A stretch of DNA of 64,000 nt from Sulfuricurvum sp. (GTDB lineage: Bacteria > Campylobacterota > Campylobacteria > Campylobacterales > Sulfurimonadaceae): positions 52,601 through 116,600 of the forward strand of contig NZ_DASUIQ010000065.1 of the NCBI RefSeq assembly GCF_036279695.1. Direction: 5' to 3'. This document shows positions 55,537-64,000 of the stretch, piece after piece. Within the stretch, counting starts at the first letter, position 1; each line of letters starts with the position of its first letter. A program made the position numbers and the translations under genes. The notes under the pieces were generated by a model. It searched no databases and had not been told where the DNA came from. It saw only the letters and a list, made by a program, of their open reading frames with translations.

Positions 55537-55569
55537 CATTTACGGCTATGTCTAAGCTGAAAAATATTA
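55537..55569. repeat. 33 bp direct repeat, right copy
   Basis: Identical to 54827-54859. Confidence 0.95.
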
Positions 55570-55605
55570 ACAATGTTTCTCTATGAGTTTCGTAACAGCT
55601 AATTG

Positions 55606-55614
55606 TGATAAAAT
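55606..55614 (+). promoter_or_regulatory. putative extended -10 box for dsbD
   Basis: TGaTAAAAT lies 28 nt upstream of the dsbD ATG. Confidence 0.3.
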
Positions 55615-55641
55615 AGAGACGATTTTTCAAGAAGGTTATGT

Positions 55642-57444
55642 ATGCGTGGACTATTGTTTTTACTTATTTCATTAAATGTTTGGGCGGTTGGTTTTTTACA
55701 GCCGGATGAGGCATTCAAGCCCTCAGCCAAAATGGTTGACTCTAAGACAATCGGTGTTGAGATGATTATGGGCGATCAGATCCATATCTATGCCGATAAG
55801 CTCAAAGTAGAAGATGCGGATAAAAAAGACGGGATCGATTTTAAATCGGTAACGATGGTTGAACCGATCGAGCTTGACGGTGAGCGCGTATATGAGTCCT
55901 CCCCCGCGATCCGCATCGCGCTCTTAAAAACCAAAGAACTCAGCGGCGAAAAAAAGGTGAAAATCAAACTCTCCTATCAGGGGTGCTCAAGCGCAGGGTT
56001 GTGTTATGAACCGATGGAGAAAACGTTGGAGGTGACGTTGGACGCTTCCAAAGTTCCGATGAGTGAATCATCTGTTCTAAAAGCCCCTGCGGTGGAAACC
56101 AAAGCGATCGATGTCGCAGCCTCTCCTGCACCTAAAGCAGAGGTTAAAGAATCCGAAACGGATCAAATCGCCGGAGTGATCAAAGGGGGAAGCCTTTGGT
56201 TTATCATTCTGAGCTTCTTCGGATTCGGTTTGTTGTTGGCACTTACTCCGTGTGTATTCCCGATGATTCCGATCATCTCTTCGGTTATTCTTGCCCAAGG
56301 TAAAGGGATGGGGACAAAGCGAGCTTTTTTACTCTCTCTTGTTTATGTATTATCCATGGCGGTTGCATACACGATCGCGGGTGTTTTAGCCGGTCTGTTC
56401 GGAGCGAACCTCCAAGCTGCGTTCCAAACACCGTGGATTATTACCGCATTTGCGCTCATCTTTGTCCTCTTGTCGTTATCGATGTTCGATGTGTATGAGT
56501 TGCAAATTCCAAATTTCATCCAATCACGTCTCAGTAAACTCGGCTCTCAGCGTAGCGGAGTGATCGGAATCGCGATCATGGGCTTCTTGTCGGCACTGAT
56601 CGTCGGACCGTGTGTCGCGGCACCGTTGGCGGGAGCACTGATCTATATCGGTCAAACGGGTGATGCACTGCTCGGTGGGGTAGCCCTCTTTTCCCTCTCT
56701 ATCGGAATGGGGATTCCGTTGCTGATTGTCGGGACAACGTCGGGTCGCTTTATGCCGAAACCGGGAATGTGGATGGATGTCATCAAAGCGGTATTCGGGG
56801 TTATGTTGCTCGGTATTGCGATATGGATGATGGGACGTGTGTTGGATGAAAATACAACCTTGTTGTTGTGGGGCGGTTTAGCGGTGTTTGTAGCAATCAA
56901 TATGAATGCGTTAGAACCCTTAGGCGTTCATCCGTCATGGAGTTCCCGTGCAAACGTCAAAGCGCTCGGATTTATGATCTTATTGTATGGAATTAGCCTC
57001 TTGGTCGGAGGTATGGCTGGTGCTAAAAATATTTTACATCCGCTTGATCCGTTTATTTCCCAAGCACAGGCTGCGACAATTTCGGTAAAAGAGCATAAAA
57101 AATTTGAAAAGATCACCTCTATCGAAGAGTTAAATGCTATTTTGGCAGAAAACAAAGGGAAACGTGTGATGGTCGATTTTTATGCCGACTGGTGCACCGC
57201 GTGTAAAGAACTCGAAGAAAAAACCTTTAGTGATGAGGGGGTTAAAACCGCGATGGACAGCTATGTTTTGGTACAGGTTGATCTCACCGCTAACGATGAA
57301 GCCTCACGTGCGATCAGCAGCAAATTCGGAATTTTCGGTCCTCCGGCGATATTGTTTTTCGATGAAAACGGAACACGCCAAAAAGATGCCGATATTGTAG
57401 GGTTCAAAGAGCCGCAAGAATTTATCAAACACTTAGGACAATAA
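55642..57444 (+). CDS. dsbD: thiol:disulfide interchange protein DsbD
   Basis: nDsbD GCSSAGLCYEP, membrane CVFPMIP, and C-terminal thioredoxin WCTACKE. Confidence 0.92.
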   Translation: MRGLLFLLISLNVWAVGFLQPDEAFKPSAKMVDSKTIGVEMIMGDQIHIYADKLKVEDADKKDGIDFKSVTMVEPIELDGERVYESSPAIRIALLKTKELSGEKKVKIKLSYQGCSSAGLCYEPMEKTLEVTLDASKVPMSESSVLKAPAVETKAIDVAASPAPKAEVKESETDQIAGVIKGGSLWFIILSFFGFGLLLALTPCVFPMIPIISSVILAQGKGMGTKRAFLLSLVYVLSMAVAYTIAGVLAGLFGANLQAAFQTPWIITAFALIFVLLSLSMFDVYELQIPNFIQSRLSKLGSQRSGVIGIAIMGFLSALIVGPCVAAPLAGALIYIGQTGDALLGGVALFSLSIGMGIPLLIVGTTSGRFMPKPGMWMDVIKAVFGVMLLGIAIWMMGRVLDENTTLLLWGGLAVFVAINMNALEPLGVHPSWSSRANVKALGFMILLYGISLLVGGMAGAKNILHPLDPFISQAQAATISVKEHKKFEKITSIEELNAILAENKGKRVMVDFYADWCTACKELEEKTFSDEGVKTAMDSYVLVQVDLTANDEASRAISSKFGIFGPPAILFFDENGTRQKDADIVGFKEPQEFIKHLGQ

Positions 57445-57446
57445 TC

Positions 57447-57830
57447 ATGGGAAAAATAATCTTAGCACTTTCATTGTTGGCAAGTCTGGCAAGTGCCGAA
57501 CTCAAATGGGCTTCGTCGTATGATGCGGCATTAGCACAGGCTAAAAAAGAGAAGAAAAAAGTTATGGTGATGCTTTCAAGGGAGAACTGTCCGGCATGTG
57601 AGTATATGAGTGACATCGTTTTTGAGGAAAATGCAGTTATTAACGAGGTACACAAAAACTTCATCCCTGTTCATATCGATATTCATAACGATTTTATCCC
57701 TGATGGGTTAGGGTATATGGGGACTCCGACATTTCATTTTCTCGATGCGAATGGTAAAAAGATCGGTCGCTATGACGGTGCGGCAAATATCCCTTCATTT
57801 ATCGGGATATTGGGAAAATACAAAAAGTAA
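57447..57830 (+). CDS. periplasmic thioredoxin-fold protein
   Basis: Signal peptide and CPAC active site. 2 nt after dsbD. Confidence 0.75.
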   Translation: MGKIILALSLLASLASAELKWASSYDAALAQAKKEKKKVMVMLSRENCPACEYMSDIVFEENAVINEVHKNFIPVHIDIHNDFIPDGLGYMGTPTFHFLDANGKKIGRYDGAANIPSFIGILGKYKK

Positions 57831-57883
57831 CGTTTTCGATTCCGCTATAATTTCACCATGTTCTAAGCGGTAGGTGTTTATAG

Positions 57884-58669
57884 GTGCGATGCAGTAGTGT
57901 CATCTTGATAATGTTCGCGACGGCATTGATGGGGGCGGATTATAGTGTCGTCACACCATGTGATAGCTCTCTTCCGACGTGGGCTTATTCTCAGAATCAG
58001 TGTACTAAAAAAGCATTGCAATACACGAAAAATGCCCCTTTAGTTCCTCTATTGGGGGGTGAGACACGTATCATCTACGATATGAAAAAAAATACGACTG
58101 CTGATACCGTGTCGATGGGCGCCCAATACTCAAATGATCAGTTCATCGCAAAAGTTCAAGGCTCATACATCAAGCCCAAAGTGGATAATACCCCTTCCAG
58201 CGGAAAAACAAATCTCTTACTTCAGTATCGTCAAACATTATGGGATTCGTTGTCTCTGAACGCTGCGGAGAATGTCACAATACCGGTAAAAACTGCCTAT
58301 GATGTACCTGAGCCTACGAAATATACGAGTGTGCTCAAAGCCCACTATCCACTCAATGGTATTTATAATCTCTTTGCGGAGGGGAGCTATTCATTATTGG
58401 AGGTTCCCGCATCTGAGAGTACTTTGTACCGAAACCCCTACAGTTATACGACTGGGGTGACCTACTCAGACGGTAACATCACTACGATCAACGCTTCGTA
58501 TGTGTTGGAACAATATTCCGACCCGACACTTGGGGCGAACAAAAAAATCAAAGTAGCGCACAAACATAAAATTAACAAAAAATTGAAAACGTCACTTAGT
58601 GTCACGAAAAGCTTAGAAGCGGATCAACCCGATAATAAGGCTTCTCTTGATCTTATCTATGCTTTTTAG
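57884..58669 (+). CDS. putative outer-membrane beta-barrel protein
   Basis: Signal-like N-terminus, alternating-hydrophobic strands, and a C-terminal aromatic ending LDLIYAF. GTG start. Confidence 0.5.
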   Translation: MRCSSVILIMFATALMGADYSVVTPCDSSLPTWAYSQNQCTKKALQYTKNAPLVPLLGGETRIIYDMKKNTTADTVSMGAQYSNDQFIAKVQGSYIKPKVDNTPSSGKTNLLLQYRQTLWDSLSLNAAENVTIPVKTAYDVPEPTKYTSVLKAHYPLNGIYNLFAEGSYSLLEVPASESTLYRNPYSYTTGVTYSDGNITTINASYVLEQYSDPTLGANKKIKVAHKHKINKKLKTSLSVTKSLEADQPDNKASLDLIYAF

Positions 58670-58673
58670 AGGA

Positions 58674-59243
58674 TTATTTATTCTCTACTAATTTATCTAA
58701 AATGTAGAGCTGTATATTTTTATGCGGGATCTCTTTTTCCAACGCTTCCGAATAAATCTTTGCGACTTCTTTAGCATGAAGGTCATAATCAAAATGGGGA
58801 AAATGGTTTTCCCATCCGTTTTTGATGATTTTTAAAGCAACCGTATCGATGAGGTACTCTTTATAAATAGCGTACGTCGCAAAAAACATCCCCGTAAACA
58901 AGATTGCCATGATGATGAGCAGATGGCAGTCGATTTTTGCCAAAAAGGGGTGAAATGCAACTGATACAGGGAGGATAAATAGGTGCCAAAGTCCGATGAA
59001 TACGAGATAACTTCGTCCGATACTGAGACGAAATCCCGGTATTTTCCCCTCTAATTTCAACCCCTCATGGTACATTTTATTGGTTTTGAGCATATCCCGA
59101 AAGAGCATCGGCTCGTCGCTCAATGTAAAAACATAAGGGATGATTTTTTCATCCGTAAATTTGCGACTAGAGGTTTGAATCCATGAAAAAATTCTAAGCA
59201 TTGGTATCCTTGATAATTTGGCTGACACGTTTAGCACTGCCAT
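58674..59243 (-). CDS. hypothetical membrane protein
   Basis: Two or three TM helices. Overlaps the lpxB 3' end; the true start may be the internal Met at 59201. Confidence 0.5.
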   Translation of the reverse strand: MAVLNVSAKLSRIPMLRIFSWIQTSSRKFTDEKIIPYVFTLSDEPMLFRDMLKTNKMYHEGLKLEGKIPGFRLSIGRSYLVFIGLWHLFILPVSVAFHPFLAKIDCHLLIIMAILFTGMFFATYAIYKEYLIDTVALKIIKNGWENHFPHFDYDLHAKEVAKIYSEALEKEIPHKNIQLYILDKLVENK

Positions 59244-60243
59244 GCCCTAAAAGTTCTCGTAGATGGGAAGCGTCTTTGAAAAAAGCTTCTCTATCCATTT
59301 CTTGATAAGCATTATACAGATTTTGAGCATTGACGGAGTTTTGAATGAACTCAGGGTGAATGGCTCGTCCGTATTGATGAAAAAACAGGAGATTGCCTAG
59401 TCCCGCATAATCGAGTTTCACTAACCGTTTTCCAATGGCGTAATCGAGTGCTTTGGCGATATAGACGAGAGCAAACGGCGTTCCGATCAATGACGCTTCG
59501 AGGGTTGCCGTTCCGCTGCAGATAAAAGCGAAATCAGAATCAGCAAGGCTTTGATGCGCTTCATGGGTGATTTCAAACGTCGAAATATCTCCGTAAAGCT
59601 CTTTGACCTGCTCATTGGTGAAGTGCGGCGGAATGACGATCAATGCGCGTGTATCAATCATAGTGCGCAGTTCACGGAAAATACTCATAAGTCGTTTGAT
59701 CTCTCCGGGACGGCTGCCGGGCATAAAGGTGATTTTTCCGCTGGGTGTCAGATCGGTTTTGCGGATGGTAATCTCATCGAGCAGAGGGTGCCCGACGTAT
59801 TCGATAGGAGCGTTAGGGGAATAGTACGAGGGTTCAAACGGGAGGATTGAACAGAGTTTGGTAATTGTTTTTTCGAGTACGGGGATACGCTTTTTCTTCC
59901 ATGCCCACGCTTGAGGGAGGATATAGTAAATGATCTCTTTGTCAGGATAGCGTTTTCGGATCGCTTTTGCCAAGGGGAGATTAAACCCCGAAGAATCAAT
60001 GAGAAGGACTTTGTCGGCATCACGAGCTAGTTCTACCATCTCATCTTTGAGAGCAAAAAAGAAAGGGAGCTTTTTGAGCGCGTCGACAAACCCCATGATC
60101 GAAGTAGAACGCAAATCGACGATACTATCTCCTAACGCACTGTCAAAAATCCCTGATAAAGCTACTTCGTCTCCGAGCTCTTTCACCAGATATTTCAAAT
60201 GGATGTTGGCAGAATGTTCGAGTGCGCTGACTAATAATTTCAT
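59194..60243 (-). CDS. lpxB: lipid-A-disaccharide synthase
   Basis: 349 aa with LpxB-like sequence throughout (ALEHSANIHL N-terminus, CSGTATLE). Confidence 0.88.
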   Translation of the reverse strand: MKLLVSALEHSANIHLKYLVKELGDEVALSGIFDSALGDSIVDLRSTSIMGFVDALKKLPFFFALKDEMVELARDADKVLLIDSSGFNLPLAKAIRKRYPDKEIIYYILPQAWAWKKKRIPVLEKTITKLCSILPFEPSYYSPNAPIEYVGHPLLDEITIRKTDLTPSGKITFMPGSRPGEIKRLMSIFRELRTMIDTRALIVIPPHFTNEQVKELYGDISTFEITHEAHQSLADSDFAFICSGTATLEASLIGTPFALVYIAKALDYAIGKRLVKLDYAGLGNLLFFHQYGRAIHPEFIQNSVNAQNLYNAYQEMDREAFFKDASHLRELLGHGSAKRVSQIIKDTNA

Positions 60244-60599
60244 GATCCCCCGTCTCCTCTGGCACCTAAATCAGGTTTATAGTTACTTTTATTTTCGTGA
60301 TACTCGCTAAAAAAAGTGGTCAATGCGTCAATCTCTTTATCGCTGAGTCCCATTGCAAAAGGGATCATAAGCTGGGATTGTTGTGTAGAACCTTGTTTGG
60401 AGCGATAGTTTTGTAATTTATTCATCAAAAACACTTTACGGCGATAAGCGAGGGCGGGGTATTGATTGGTTCCACCCGCCGAGATGCCGTGACAGCCGCT
60501 GCACCCTTTGGCGAAATAGAGGTTTTTGCCTTGTTCATAGGATGAAGGTGCTGCCATTAGCACCATCATCGGTAAGATCAAGAGAATGATTTTAGACAC
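60240..60599 (-). CDS. monohaem c-type cytochrome (c553-like)
   Basis: Signal peptide, CSGCH haem-binding site, and a distal Met region. ATGA overlap with lpxB. Confidence 0.8.
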   Translation of the reverse strand: MSKIILLILPMMVLMAAPSSYEQGKNLYFAKGCSGCHGISAGGTNQYPALAYRRKVFLMNKLQNYRSKQGSTQQSQLMIPFAMGLSDKEIDALTTFFSEYHENKSNYKPDLGARGDGGS

Positions 60600-60661
60600 T
60601 CTAACCCTTTTTAAACGTTACTTAGATTAAAATTGCGTAATTATAGCGAACGGGAGCGATT

Positions 60662-61879
60662 ATGATCATAACGGGGGCAATTATCTGCGACATCAACGGA
60701 GAACGTCGCGGCGATGTTCGGATTGAAGAGGGGATCATTACTGAGATCGGAGAAAATTTAAGCGGGGATGAAATAGTATCTGCCGAGGGGTGCTATCTGA
60801 TTCCGGGGTTAGTCGATACCGATGTGCGTCTTAAAGATGCTCAACTCAGTCGTACCAACCTCGAAAAGCTCTCCTACCGTGCGCTGAGCGGGGGAGTAAC
60901 GACAGCCGTATTAGCGAGTGACACCCACCCGAGAATCGATGATGAGATCACTTTGGAGTTTGTTCAACAACACCGCTATTCACAAAACGGTGCGACGATC
61001 GAATCTTCAGTAAGCGCGTTGAATGATACGGGTGTGTTGAGCAATATCGCTATCATGCTGAAAAAAGGGTGCGTTGCACTGCACACATCGACGATCAATG
61101 ATTACAATCTCATTAGCCGTATCGCCCAATACGCAAAAATGGCAGAAAAGGCTATTTTCTATAAAGCGGAAGAGAAAAGTTTGATTGAGAGCGGTGTTAT
61201 CTCCGACGGTGCCGTTGCATCTCAGCTGGGATTGCCGGGGATACCTCCGATTTCAGAAGTGGTTCATGTCGCATCGATGATTGAGATCGCGCGCTATTTC
61301 GGAATCAAAATCATATTCAAAAGTATAAAAGAGCCTCGTTCCATCGAGTTGATTAGCGAGGCTCGTAAAAACGGTGTCGCAGTTGAGTGTGAAGTATCGA
61401 TCCACCACCTCTTTAAAAACGATTCGGCATGTTTAGGCTTTGATACCGATGCGAAGATCAATCCGCCACTGGTCAATGAGAGCAAACGTCTTGCACTCAT
61501 AGAAGCCTTGAAACGAGGAGATATACACTCTTTGAGCGCATTGCATCAGCCGAACTCCGATATTCATAAAGATATTACCTTTTACGATGCTCACGTCGGT
61601 ACGACCTCTATCGCAGAATATTTGCCGTTGTTGTATACGTATCTCATCTCAGAGAATATTATTGATATGGCAACATTGCTCAAGGTAGCTTCTCACGCTC
61701 CCGCAGCGCAGATAGGCCTAGATGCGGGAGAGATCAAAATCGGTTCATCTTGTGATTGTATTGTGTTTGATCCGGCGCAAAGTACGAGCGTTCCGCACCA
61801 CCATAGCCTTTATAAAAATGAGACGCTAAAAGGGAAAGTGGTGATGGCTCTTTGTCGGGGAGAAGTAACGAAGTTTTAA
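60662..61879 (+). CDS. dihydroorotase-like protein lacking the HxH metal motif (PyrC'-type, probably non-catalytic)
   Basis: DHOase-like N-terminus, but GLVDTDVRLKD replaces the usual DxHVHxR. Confidence 0.7.
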   Translation: MIITGAIICDINGERRGDVRIEEGIITEIGENLSGDEIVSAEGCYLIPGLVDTDVRLKDAQLSRTNLEKLSYRALSGGVTTAVLASDTHPRIDDEITLEFVQQHRYSQNGATIESSVSALNDTGVLSNIAIMLKKGCVALHTSTINDYNLISRIAQYAKMAEKAIFYKAEEKSLIESGVISDGAVASQLGLPGIPPISEVVHVASMIEIARYFGIKIIFKSIKEPRSIELISEARKNGVAVECEVSIHHLFKNDSACLGFDTDAKINPPLVNESKRLALIEALKRGDIHSLSALHQPNSDIHKDITFYDAHVGTTSIAEYLPLLYTYLISENIIDMATLLKVASHAPAAQIGLDAGEIKIGSSCDCIVFDPAQSTSVPHHHSLYKNETLKGKVVMALCRGEVTKF

Positions 61880-62175
61880 AGGGACTTGGCATTCCTAAAC
61901 TCTGAAATCTCCGCTTCAACCATCGCATCGATCATGATGGAGTAAAGTTTTGTGAGAAGATTGGGAGAGACGCCGAACTCCATCGCACGCGATCTTACCC
62001 GATCCATTACCGCTTCCATGCGCTCATTGGCTTTGATCTCTTCGAGTGAGTGTTTGAAATTGGCAGCTTGTTTCACATAGCCGTTACGAGCGGCGATCAG
62101 TTCGACGATTTGATCATCCAATTGATCGATATGGCTGCGTACCTCTTCTAGGCTTTGGCAATTATTGACTTCCAT
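61876..62175 (-). CDS. AroQ-type chorismate mutase
   Basis: LEEVRSHIDQLDDQIVELIAARNGYVKQAA is CM_2-like. The ATG at 62175 after GGGAGAG gives a typical 99 aa protein (track start at 62250 is less likely). Confidence 0.75.
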   Translation of the reverse strand: MEVNNCQSLEEVRSHIDQLDDQIVELIAARNGYVKQAANFKHSLEEIKANERMEAVMDRVRSRAMEFGVSPNLLTKLYSIMIDAMVEAEISEFRNAKSL

Positions 62176-62261
62176 GGTTCTTACTCTCCCTGTACGGAAT
62201 TTTAATTTCTCATAATGATAGCATAAAGTTGTGGGCGCGTCGCTCATCACATTATTATCAC

Positions 62262-62272
62262 ATAAAAATGGA
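62262..62272. promoter_or_regulatory. 11 nt exact repeat ATAAAAATGGA, copy 1
   Basis: Repeated exactly at 62315-62325, 53 nt away, in the divergent intergenic region. The related TGATAAAAAT lies at 62277-62286. Confidence 0.3.
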
Positions 62273-62314
62273 AGTTGATAAAAATATAAGAGGCTGCTTT
62301 GTGGCTAAAATGTG

Positions 62315-62325
62315 ATAAAAATGGA
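62315..62325. promoter_or_regulatory. 11 nt exact repeat ATAAAAATGGA, copy 2
   Basis: See copy 1. Confidence 0.3.
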
Positions 62326-62408
62326 TTAAAACTCCTATTTTAACGGATAGAGTCAAAATAAAAATGTGAGATTTAATTTTTACTTATAGTACCTATAAAA
62401 TTAAAAAT

Positions 62409-62414
62409 TATAAT
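62409..62414 (+). promoter_or_regulatory. putative -10 box (TATAAT) for the fccB-like gene
   Basis: TATAAT in a very AT-rich tract about 83 nt upstream of the ATG. A strong SD, AAGGAG, lies at 62482-62487. Confidence 0.3.
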
Positions 62415-62496
62415 ATTTAAAAATCATTAAGCTAAGCGTAGATAGACTGCTGGCTGATACAAAAATCTTATACTTGAAGATGAAGGAGAATTCATT

Positions 62497-63897
62497 ATGA
62501 ATATTTCAAGACGGGACTTATTTAAATTTGCCGGTATTAGTGTAGCGGCAGCTGCTGTTTCCGGTTGTACAACTGCAACTGGTGCAACTCCGGGTGCACA
62601 AGGAACTTCCGTTAAAATGCTCGGTAAACATCAAGTGGTTATTATCGGTGGAGGTTGGGGCGGTTTGACCGTTGCCAAAGAATTGAAAAAAATCGATCCT
62701 AAATTCGATGTTGCGATTATCGAAAAAAATGACAGCTTTATGTCGTGCCCATTCTCTAACTGTAATCTTGGTGGACTTAAAGGGGTAAGTCTTAGTACTT
62801 TGACTCATGACTATTCTCAAGCGGTAGAGAAAAACGGTTACGGTATGTTGACCGCAGTTGTTACCGGAATCGATCGTGTTAATAAAGTGGTTCATACTTC
62901 TAAAGGCGGCGTAGGTTATGATATTCTTGTCCTAGCACCGGGTATCGACTATAACTATAAAGGGCAATTCCCGACATGGTCAGATGCAAAAATCGCAAAA
63001 GCTCGTCGTGTTGCACCTGCGGCATTGGTTCCGGGCGGTGAACACGTAGCATTGGATCGTTTGGTTAAAACGATGGAAGACGGAGATGTTGTTATCACGG
63101 TTCCGGCAGGTAAATATCGTTGTCCTCCTGCACCGTTCGAGCGTGCAAGCATGATCGCGAATTACATGAAAAAAGAGGGATTGAACGGTAAAGTTATTAT
63201 CCTTAACGAAACAGCTGAAATTGCTAAAGGTGCTGCGTTCAAAGAATCATGGGCTGAAATCAATAAAGGTGCCGTAGTTCACGAAAGTAACTGTAAAATT
63301 TCTGATGTTGATTTCGATAAAAAAGAGATCACGTACGTTCAAACGGTATTCAAAGACAAAGATGATACCGAAGGGACAAAAACAACCAAAACAATCAAAT
63401 ACGGTATTTTCAACTTTATTCCTCACAATATGTCAAATCCGGTCATCGAGATGGCTGGTGTTGCGACAACTCCGGACGGATTCAAAAAAGTTAAAATGGC
63501 AACTAGCCCTGAAAAACCGGTCTCTTTTGCAACGGCTACTGATGCAGCTGTATTTGCTGTCGGTGACGTTGTTGGACACGCTATCCCACCGAGCGGTCAA
63601 TCAGCTATCTGGTCAGGGAAAGAGTGTGCTAAAGAGATTGCTCATATCCTTCACGGTAAAAGCTATAGTGTTGCATCGGCACTTCCGTATAAAAGTGCGA
63701 ACGTATGTTATTCAATGGTCGGTGAAAATCCTGAAGAAGCAATCATGGTTAATCATGAATTTATGGTTGCAGGTCCGGTTATCGGTTCAAAAGGAAGCGT
63801 TCCTAAAGATGAAGCGTCAGGTAAATTCCGTACTACAGGTCTTGCGAAAGCAACTCATGACTGGTACAAAGGCGCAATGCGCGACTTGTTTAATTAA
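62497..63897 (+). CDS. FccB/SoxF-like flavocytochrome-c sulfide dehydrogenase flavoprotein, with Tat signal and lipobox
   Basis: RRDLFKF twin-arginine motif followed by AVSGC. FAD fold VVIIGGGWGG and an FCSD-like FMSCPFSNCNLGG segment. Confidence 0.8.
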   Translation: MNISRRDLFKFAGISVAAAAVSGCTTATGATPGAQGTSVKMLGKHQVVIIGGGWGGLTVAKELKKIDPKFDVAIIEKNDSFMSCPFSNCNLGGLKGVSLSTLTHDYSQAVEKNGYGMLTAVVTGIDRVNKVVHTSKGGVGYDILVLAPGIDYNYKGQFPTWSDAKIAKARRVAPAALVPGGEHVALDRLVKTMEDGDVVITVPAGKYRCPPAPFERASMIANYMKKEGLNGKVIILNETAEIAKGAAFKESWAEINKGAVVHESNCKISDVDFDKKEITYVQTVFKDKDDTEGTKTTKTIKYGIFNFIPHNMSNPVIEMAGVATTPDGFKKVKMATSPEKPVSFATATDAAVFAVGDVVGHAIPPSGQSAIWSGKECAKEIAHILHGKSYSVASALPYKSANVCYSMVGENPEEAIMVNHEFMVAGPVIGSKGSVPKDEASGKFRTTGLAKATHDWYKGAMRDLFN

Positions 63898-63908
63898 TAC
63901 AAGTTATC

Positions 63909-63930
63909 TTACTCTCCACTCGGAGAGTAA
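63909..63930 (+). terminator. strong intercistronic hairpin after the fccB-like gene
   Basis: TTACTCTCC-actc-GGAGAGTAA, a 9 bp stem with a tetraloop. No T-tract follows, so it could be a terminator, attenuator or processing site. Confidence 0.4.
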
Positions 63931-63981
63931 AAGAAAATTCTGCTAAACTAACTCCTCAAAATAATTCACACGGAAAACATC

Positions 63982-64000
63982 ATGGACAGAAGAAATTTTT
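63982..64000 (+). CDS. start of another probable Tat-exported protein (only 6 codons in window)
   Basis: ATG GAC AGA AGA AAT TTT encodes MDRRNF, the beginning of a twin-arginine signal. Confidence 0.3.

Noticed and set aside
54827-55569. Possibility that the identical 33 bp repeats are a minimal CRISPR array
   Set aside because: There are only two copies, separated by 677 bp that contains two genes. The repeat has no palindromic core and no cas genes are present.
1-64000. Window-wide look for rRNA, tRNA, CRISPR, transposase, integrase, phage or recognised defence-system genes
   Set aside because: I recognised none. The GIY-YIG protein is the small stand-alone YhbQ type, and the MBL and HD proteins have metabolic or signalling contexts.

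Overview
This is a 64 kb stretch of densely packed bacterial chromosome with about 65 genes and very little non-coding DNA. The gene content points to a Campylobacterota (epsilonproteobacterial) organism, probably sulfur-oxidising. That call rests on fliL-acpS, CheV, a PycB-type biotin carboxyltransferase, RNase Y, the nadE/lpxK neighbourhood, TGnTAnAAT-type extended -10 boxes, DsbD and a Tat-exported FccB-like flavoprotein, and it is inference only. Most of the window is housekeeping: photolyase, ppa, argD, argB, radA, ftsY, rny, cmoB, nadE, lpxK, lpxB, thrC, ppk2 and dsbD. I recognised no rRNA, tRNA, CRISPR array, transposase or integrase. The most interesting region is 36.3-47.8 kb. Eleven co-directional genes on the minus strand, overlapping or nearly abutting, form a membrane-lipid supercluster. 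It contains an expanded ynbABCD-like pathway: a CDP-alcohol phosphatidyltransferase, a CdsA paralogue, an extra PlsC-type acyltransferase, an extra amidohydrolase, an alpha/beta-hydrolase+methyltransferase fusion, and a PAP2+dual-specificity-phosphatase fusion. This is followed directly by ArsR-aas-lplT and a secreted YiiX-type permuted-papain protein. A leader motif (27 of 31 nt identical) recurs at the two internal gaps. Other points worth a second look: (1) a four-gene cyclic-nucleotide operon encoding an SH3b protein, an M48 lipoprotein, a CHASE2 adenylate cyclase and an MBL/PDE-II-like+GAF+HD-GYP protein; (2) a 677 bp DUF4160/DUF2442 cassette bracketed by perfect 33 bp direct repeats; (3) a His-rich, internally repeated OadG-like peptide upstream of pycB; (4) a DegT-family protein that appears to lack the Schiff-base lysine; (5) a G9 homopolymer inside a conserved gene; (6) an orphan solute-binding protein paired with a diguanylate cyclase. 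All family assignments come from reading motifs by eye on the supplied translations. No database search or computation was possible.
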